A DNA stretch of 63,763 nt, the filler included, from Bdellovibrionota bacterium (GTDB lineage Bacteria; Bdellovibrionota; Bdellovibrionia; Bdellovibrionales; JAEYZS01): assembly GCA_963169515.1 (NCBI GenBank). It is 3 parts of 3 records of this genome, joined end to end, with 100 filler letters (N's around TTAATTAATTAA, not from the genome) between each part and the next. Parts side by side here need not be neighbours in the genome. Positions count along the whole stretch, not along the records: positions 55,978 to 63,763 come from CAUJEF010000100.1; 2 more parts are not named here. One strand, given 5' to 3'. Positions 58,183-63,763 of the stretch are shown here, piece by piece. A program made the position numbers and the translations under genes. The notes under the pieces were generated by a model. That model searched no databases, was not told the origin of the DNA, and worked only from the letters and a program-made list of their open reading frames with translations. Position 1 is the first letter of the stretch. Each line of letters begins with the position of its first letter.

Positions 58183-61100
58183 TAAAAATATATTCATTGT
58201 GCTTGGCCTTGTTGCCTCTGTGACCGTGGCTCATGCTGCCACAAAGCCCAAAAAACAAAAGCAAAAAACGGTTGCGGATGTTTTGACTCAATTTAAAGAA
58301 ACGGACAATCGTGGTAAAAATCAAAAACTAAATAAATATTCGCTTATTTTCCCAACAGCAAAAGAGAACCAACCGAAGGCTCCGGCACGAAATATGAAAG
58401 CTGTAAAGCCACCCAGCACGGTTTCTTTTTTTATGGACCAGAATCAAACCGAGGGTCAGCTTGAGCGGTTGTTGGACGAACAAATTAGTGAATTATACAA
58501 GATCAACAGAAAATTTAGCAAAAGCCCAGAACGCGGTGAGCTTTGGCTGCGCCTTGGGGAATTGTATGTGGAAAAAGCAAAGCTTCTAAGTTTTCGTGCT
58601 CACGATGAATATGACAAAAAGATACAGGAATGGGATGCCAAAGGACAAAAAGGCGCACGCCCCCGATTTGATTCCGCCCAAGGGAAGGAATTTAACCGTA
58701 AGGCTATTGAGCTTTATAACTGGTACGTTAAAGACTTTCCGAACAGCAACAAGACAGATCAAGCGTTGTTTTTTCTTGGCTATAACTATTTTGAAATCAA
58801 TCAACCCACGCGTGGTACAGAATTCTATGAAGAGCTCACGCGCAGGTTTTCTAAAAGCAAATATGTTACGGAATCCCATTTCGCGTTGGCCGAGTATTAT
58901 TTTGACAATGACGACTGGAAAAAGGCCTTGATTAATTATAGAAACGTCATTGGGGACAAGCAAAGTCGTGTGTACCCATTCGCGCTTTACAAGATGGCAT
59001 GGTGTAATTACCGTCTGGGACAAGTGAATCTTGCAATTCAAACGATGGAGCAAGTGATTTCGTTTTCCAAACGTCAAGCTCGCTTGGGTGCCAAAGGTGA
59101 TAAGCAAGTCAACAAGATCCGGCTTTCTAAAGAAGCATACAACGATTTGATCCTCTATTTTGTGGATGTTCGCAGTTTCAAAGATGCCAGAGAATACTTT
59201 GGGCGAATCGGCGGGGAAAAAATTCTTTTTCCAACGCTTGAAAAGCTTGCCTATATTTACTCAGACCGGGGTCAAAGAGAAGCTGCAAGATATATTTTTC
59301 GGCAATTACTTGAAATCAATCCGATGGCGCCGAAAGCATTCGATTATCAATATCAAATTGTTCTGAACTATTGGTCAGCAGGTAACCGTAAAACCTTTCG
59401 ACAAGAACTGTACGATTGGGTTGTGGATTACGGCAAAGACAGTGACTGGGCCAAAGAAAACAAAGATCGGCTTGCTGAATCCGATGCTTTACGCGAAAAG
59501 ACTTTGCGTGAATATGTTCTTCAGCTTCACCAGACAGCCCAGAAAACTGCGACTTTGATGACTCAGAAACAAGCAAAAAGCGGATATGAGCTTTATATCA
59601 GCCAATTTCCAAAAATGGAAATGATTGGCGATATGCGCTTTTACTATGGCGATCTGCTTTTTGATATGAATCTTTTCGAAGATGCAAGCGAACAGCTCCG
59701 ATGGGTGATCCGCCACGCGCCCAAAAATGCAAATTATAAAACGGCGTTACTGAACAATATATTGGCAATCGAACGACTTCTCCCCAAAGAACAGGATCTA
59801 ATGAAAATGCGTGGTGATACACTACAGGCGTTCCCTTTGACGGAGAGAGAAAAAGAATTTGAAGGCAACGCCATTCTGTTTTTTAATCAGTTTGCTAAAG
59901 ACCCACAGATGATTGAAATTAAATTTCGCTTGGGCCGGATGTATTACAATCACAATGACTTTGATCGCGCTCTGGTTGTCTTTAAAGAAATCGTAAAGGA
60001 TCATCCGACTTCGAACGTGGCTGTATTTTCAGCAAATCTGATATTAGACATTTATAACCTTCGAAAAGACTATGATAATCTTGCAAAGGCTGGGAATCAG
60101 TTTTTGACCACACAAGGTTTAAACACAAAACTTATTGATCTGGACGTAAAGAATGTCGTTGAGAAAGCAAAGTTTAAAAAAGCCGAGGATTTAGAGGTAA
60201 ATAAAGATTACATCGGTAGCGCCAAGGAATTTGAAACCTTCATCAAGGACTATCCGACATCAAAGCTTGTACCAACGGCGCAATATAACGCCGCTATTAA
60301 CTATGAGCGTGGTGGCCAGGTATTAAGCGCAATTCGACTTTACAGTGGGGTGCTTTCTAAATCAGGACCAGAGGCAGAGAAGGTGAAAAAAGAATCGCGC
60401 CGTTTGCTTGGTGGGTTATACAATAAAACAGGACAGCTTCGAAAGGCGGCGACAGAATTTGAGCGATACGCCCACGATTATCCAACTGATCCGCTGAGCA
60501 CGAATCTTTTATATAACGCTGCAGTTATCTGGGGGGCACAACAGAGCTTTAGCCGAGCAATTACAGATTATGAAAAGCACATAGCGACTACAAAGAAAGC
60601 GGATTCGCGATTAGCGGCTGTATATAATATGGCAGAACTTAACGAACAGAGGGGCTCTATTTCAAAAGCCAATCAGCTTTTTGAGCAGTATTTGGTAAGC
60701 GGCGCGACTGACCATCAAAAAATTGTGGAAACGCATTTCCGTATCGCGAAAAATTATAAAAGGCTCGGCCAGATTCCCAAATACGAAGAATGGTTGCGGA
60801 AGACCATCTCTGTTCAAAGGCGTCTTGGTTCAAAAGTGGGCGCACGCGAAGCCGCCGAAGCAAAATTTACTTTTACAGCGAAACTCTATGACGATATCCG
60901 TAGCATTAAGATTTCTGGAACCCCTCAAAACCAAGCGGCAAATTTAAAGAGAAAGCTTGCCGTGATTGATCAATTAAATAAAGAACTGGCTCAGATCATA
61001 ACATTGGATGTGGGCGATTATATTGTGGCAGCTCTTGCGACCCTGGGATTATCTTATGAAAATTTAGCCAACAGTATTTATAGGGCGCCGATCCCAGGTG

Positions 61101-61339
61101 GGCTAACAGTAGAAGAAAAAAAAGAATATTTAGAAAAGGTTGTCGAGGCAAATGCAGCTCCGTTTAAAAAAATTGCAATGGATAACTTTACCAACGCAGT
61201 TTCAAAGGCACGCGAGCTTGAATTTTATAATGAATGGGTAGTTATTGCCCGTGATGGGCTTGCGAGAATGAACAAGGCTTCTCGCCCTGTGAAAGAGGAA
61301 GTACTTGAAGACTTTCAAATTGATTTGATGGGACTATAA
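58175..61339 (+). CDS. gltD: Gliding motility large TPR protein, GltD/AgmU-like
   Basis: 1054 aa of TPRs; LWLRLGELYVE, YKMAWCNY, P.PGGL..EE. Confidence 0.72.
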   Translation: MNNKNIFIVLGLVASVTVAHAATKPKKQKQKTVADVLTQFKETDNRGKNQKLNKYSLIFPTAKENQPKAPARNMKAVKPPSTVSFFMDQNQTEGQLERLLDEQISELYKINRKFSKSPERGELWLRLGELYVEKAKLLSFRAHDEYDKKIQEWDAKGQKGARPRFDSAQGKEFNRKAIELYNWYVKDFPNSNKTDQALFFLGYNYFEINQPTRGTEFYEELTRRFSKSKYVTESHFALAEYYFDNDDWKKALINYRNVIGDKQSRVYPFALYKMAWCNYRLGQVNLAIQTMEQVISFSKRQARLGAKGDKQVNKIRLSKEAYNDLILYFVDVRSFKDAREYFGRIGGEKILFPTLEKLAYIYSDRGQREAARYIFRQLLEINPMAPKAFDYQYQIVLNYWSAGNRKTFRQELYDWVVDYGKDSDWAKENKDRLAESDALREKTLREYVLQLHQTAQKTATLMTQKQAKSGYELYISQFPKMEMIGDMRFYYGDLLFDMNLFEDASEQLRWVIRHAPKNANYKTALLNNILAIERLLPKEQDLMKMRGDTLQAFPLTEREKEFEGNAILFFNQFAKDPQMIEIKFRLGRMYYNHNDFDRALVVFKEIVKDHPTSNVAVFSANLILDIYNLRKDYDNLAKAGNQFLTTQGLNTKLIDLDVKNVVEKAKFKKAEDLEVNKDYIGSAKEFETFIKDYPTSKLVPTAQYNAAINYERGGQVLSAIRLYSGVLSKSGPEAEKVKKESRRLLGGLYNKTGQLRKAATEFERYAHDYPTDPLSTNLLYNAAVIWGAQQSFSRAITDYEKHIATTKKADSRLAAVYNMAELNEQRGSISKANQLFEQYLVSGATDHQKIVETHFRIAKNYKRLGQIPKYEEWLRKTISVQRRLGSKVGAREAAEAKFTFTAKLYDDIRSIKISGTPQNQAANLKRKLAVIDQLNKELAQIITLDVGDYIVAALATLGLSYENLANSIYRAPIPGGLTVEEKKEYLEKVVEANAAPFKKIAMDNFTNAVSKARELEFYNEWVVIARDGLARMNKASRPVKEEVLEDFQIDLMGL

Positions 61340-61340
61340 G

Positions 61341-62198
61341 ATGTTTCGTTTGTTTTATATAATGGGTTTGGTACTTACTTTGGTGTTATCGGGCTGTGGT
61401 CACAAAGCGAAAAAAAGCAGCAGGGTTGTCGATGACTCCATGGATTTTTATGATGGCGAAGAAGAGGAAGTAAAAGATTCAAAAAAAGATCGCAAGGAAA
61501 ACCTGCACCCGAGTGTTTCTGATGGGTCGCTGAAGAGCTTCAGCCGCATCCTACAAACCAATGATGAAGATAAAATTCTTGACGAGGCTTCAAAAATTCT
61601 TGCTGTAAATCCAAACCAGGAAAAGGTTCTAAACGGAATAGGTGTTTTTTATTTAAAAAATAAAAAACAAGAGATGGCGAGATATTTTTTCAAAAAGGTT
61701 ATGGATATAAATCCAAATAATTCGTCTGCCTTGAACAACATGGGCGTTATTGCAATTGACAACAAGGAAGAGCGAAAGGCGATGGAGTATTTCAAAAAAG
61801 CTATTGATGCTGAAAATGATAATGTTGCCGCTCTTGGAAATTTGGGGACAATCTATTTGAAATACGAAGACTATGAAAAGGCCCAAGAAGCGCTGAAGAG
61901 AGCCTACAGTTACGACAAAAGTAACATAACAATAGCCAATAACTATGCAGTTGCTTTGACTGGGAATAATCAAATCGGGAAAGCTTTAGATATTTATGAA
62001 GATCTTGCCAAATCCCGCAACGTGTCAGTACAATTAAATGAAGCAATTCTATGGGGAGAATTCAAACAGGACTTTGTTAAGGCTAGAGAATTACTTAATA
62101 AAATCAGAATTATTACAACAGATCCTGTTATACTTAAGAAAGTTAACGACCTTTCCAAATGGATGGAAAGTAAACAAAAGAAAAACCTTCAGGGATGA
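61341..62198 (+). CDS. gltE: Gliding motility TPR lipoprotein, GltE/AglT-like
   Basis: Lipobox LSGC; TPR repeats (ALNNMGV, ALGNLG); operon position. Confidence 0.65.
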   Translation: MFRLFYIMGLVLTLVLSGCGHKAKKSSRVVDDSMDFYDGEEEEVKDSKKDRKENLHPSVSDGSLKSFSRILQTNDEDKILDEASKILAVNPNQEKVLNGIGVFYLKNKKQEMARYFFKKVMDINPNNSSALNNMGVIAIDNKEERKAMEYFKKAIDAENDNVAALGNLGTIYLKYEDYEKAQEALKRAYSYDKSNITIANNYAVALTGNNQIGKALDIYEDLAKSRNVSVQLNEAILWGEFKQDFVKARELLNKIRIITTDPVILKKVNDLSKWMESKQKKNLQG

Positions 62199-62515
62199 AG
62201 CGCATGAACGTCAGTACAAAGATTATTTCTTTTCTGATCCTGATCACCTTGGGATCTTTTGCGCTAGCTCAAGATGAAGACGATGCTCCGACACCGCCAC
62301 CAGCAAAAACAAAATCAACCAGATCGAAGAAAGAAAAAAGAACTGAAGTGAACTTTGAAGATCAATTAATCAAGGGAGAGGTTCAAAAGCCGGAACTTTT
62401 TTATTTACTTCAAAAGAAACAGTTTAATTTTAGTAAGCTTATTAAGCTGCGGGAAAATTTTTTACCGGAAATGAAAAAATCGGCAGAAGACGTTCCGCGT
62501 GGGGTAGAGGATTAA
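62195..62515 (+). CDS. gltF: Gliding motility protein GltF/CglF-like
   Basis: Signal peptide; VNFEDQLIKGEVQKP...LIKLRENFLPEM. Confidence 0.7.
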   Translation: MKRMNVSTKIISFLILITLGSFALAQDEDDAPTPPPAKTKSTRSKKEKRTEVNFEDQLIKGEVQKPELFYLLQKKQFNFSKLIKLRENFLPEMKKSAEDVPRGVED

Positions 62516-63763
62516 GTGGACTTAATTTTTTTACGGATATTTAAAGACGAAAAGCTGATAGAAGTAAAACAGTTTCCATTGGCCCAGGTGGTGATCGGTC
62601 GCGAGGGCGACGTGAATTTGAAGTTGCCGGATGCTGAAATTTCTCCAGTCCATGCGGTTATAGAAAAACGGGATTCTGGTTTTTTTGTGTGCGACATGGG
62701 ATCTGGCACCGGCACATATAAAAATGGGATGCGGGTCCTAGACGATGCAATTACATCTGGTGACGAGATCATCGTTGGACCATATAAAATTGAATTTCAT
62801 ATCGGAGTGCCGAAACCTGCGGCAAAACCTGCTGCGCCACCTCCAACCACCCCCCCGCCAAAACGGGAGCTGCCAAAAGAGATAAAGGTCGAAGCAAAAA
62901 CAGAAATTAAAAAGCCCGCTAAAAAAGATGTCGAACGCCCAACAATGCCGGCGGCTCCAGTAGCACTGAGCATACCTGCTGAGCCTTATTCGCAGCCCGA
63001 TGGCCCTGGGACATTTGCGCCCGAAAGTGAAATCAAAGACCTCAACAAAGTCATTAAGTCTTCACAAGGAAACCTTGTCGAAGTTATCGTCTGTTGGAAA
63101 GAGCGGGTTTTGACAACCTATCATTTCAGCAAAGCTGGAAAAACAGTTACGGTCGGGGCACATCCAAAAAACGACATTCTGCTTCCGGTATTTACTGATG
63201 CTAAATTTAGTTTTGCTTTGTTAAAGGTTGGAAATCCCGCCACTGTTTATGTCACAAGCGATATGAAGGGTGAAGTTCGAGTTAATGATTCGGGCCAAAA
63301 GATACAAGACCTTATTGCATTGAACAAACTGCGACACGAGGGTGTCGGTTTTGCAATTGATCTTCAGCAAAACAATGTTGTTCGTATTGAGTTAGGCGAA
63401 GTGACTATTTTCATTCGATACGGAACCGAAACGGTGAAGCCATTAATCGCTCCAATTCTAAATCTTACGTCAAGCGAATTAACAACGCTCGTGTTAACCA
63501 GCGTGTTCTTTGGTGTATTCTGGATTTATCTTCTTTTGTATTCACCTCCTCCTCCAGAGGAAAAGCCCGAAGATGAACCAAAGCGGACGGCTGTTTTTGT
63601 TTATAAGCGTGCGGAAAGAATTGAACCCGTGGAAGAAAAACCCGCCCAAAAAGCAAAAGGCGAGACAATTAAAGACCAAGAAGTTGCGAAATCCCGCATT
63701 GAAGAGGGGAAGGCTGCAGAAGCAAAACCGAATAAGTCCAAATCAGAAGTACAAAAATTGACA
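62516..63763 (+). CDS. gltG: FHA-domain gliding protein GltG/PglI (AgmX)-like, 3'-truncated
   Basis: Manual translation from GTG 62516: MDLIFLRIFKDEKLIEVKQF..QVVIGR.....L....ISPVHAVIE.....VCDMGSGTGT..NG (FHA), then a Pro-rich linker and a later TM helix. Not in the ORF track. Confidence 0.72.
   Translation, partial: MDLIFLRIFKDEKLIEVKQFPLAQVVIGREGDVNLKLPDAEISPVHAVIEKRDSGFFVCDMGSGTGTYKNGMRVLDDAITSGDEIIVGPYKIEFHIGVPKPAAKPAAPPPTTPPPKRELPKEIKVEAKTEIKKPAKKDVERPTMPAAPVALSIPAEPYSQPDGPGTFAPESEIKDLNKVIKSSQGNLVEVIVCWKERVLTTYHFSKAGKTVTVGAHPKNDILLPVFTDAKFSFALLKVGNPATVYVTSDMKGEVRVNDSGQKIQDLIALNKLRHEGVGFAIDLQQNNVVRIELGEVTIFIRYGTETVKPLIAPILNLTSSELTTLVLTSVFFGVFWIYLLLYSPPPPEEKPEDEPKRTAVFVYKRAERIEPVEEKPAQKAKGETIKDQEVAKSRIEEGKAAEAKPNKSKSEVQKLT

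Overview
The window is three contigs joined by two artificial 100-nt spacers (44 N + TTAATTAATTAA + 44 N, at 26226-26325 and 55878-55977), so linkage across the spacers is not biological evidence. Gene content points to a Bdellovibrionota (Bdellovibrio-like predator) genome: a glt gliding operon, an FQNC-type lipoprotein signal, a subtilase-PilZ fusion, RxPAS motifs and FliA-like promoters. This taxonomic call is an inference. Contig 1 (1-26225) holds mostly housekeeping and envelope genes: mreC, a SurA-like protein, an S8-PilZ protease, hmgA, hemF, OmpA, rpmG, Ppx/GppA, HiPIP, dcd, clpB/hsp20, ridA, HD-GYP, mlaEFD and lolE-like, plus a 38-bp-arm palindrome. Contig 2 (26326-55877) holds the main finding: a complete Tat-exported type II DMSO-reductase-family operon (alpha, beta, gamma, chaperone) with signatures of periplasmic nitrite oxidoreductase/nitrate reductase, most reminiscent of the Ca. 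Nitrotoga-type NXR. Two unusual accessory genes precede it (a V4R-like + NifU-like protein and a Cys-less Rieske-like protein). It sits beside a sigma54 module with an NtrC-type regulator, a hybrid kinase, several -24/-12 promoters, candidate enhancer motifs, two paralogous monoheme-c/TPR proteins and two CBS proteins. The rest of contig 2 carries a MurQ-like SIS protein, a nucleotidyltransferase with a small overlapping ORF, tRNA-Arg(TCT), folE, hemB, livKHMGF and a vWA lipoprotein. Contig 3 (55978-63763) is a glt gliding-motility operon. All calls come from motif recognition by eye; no database searches were run.
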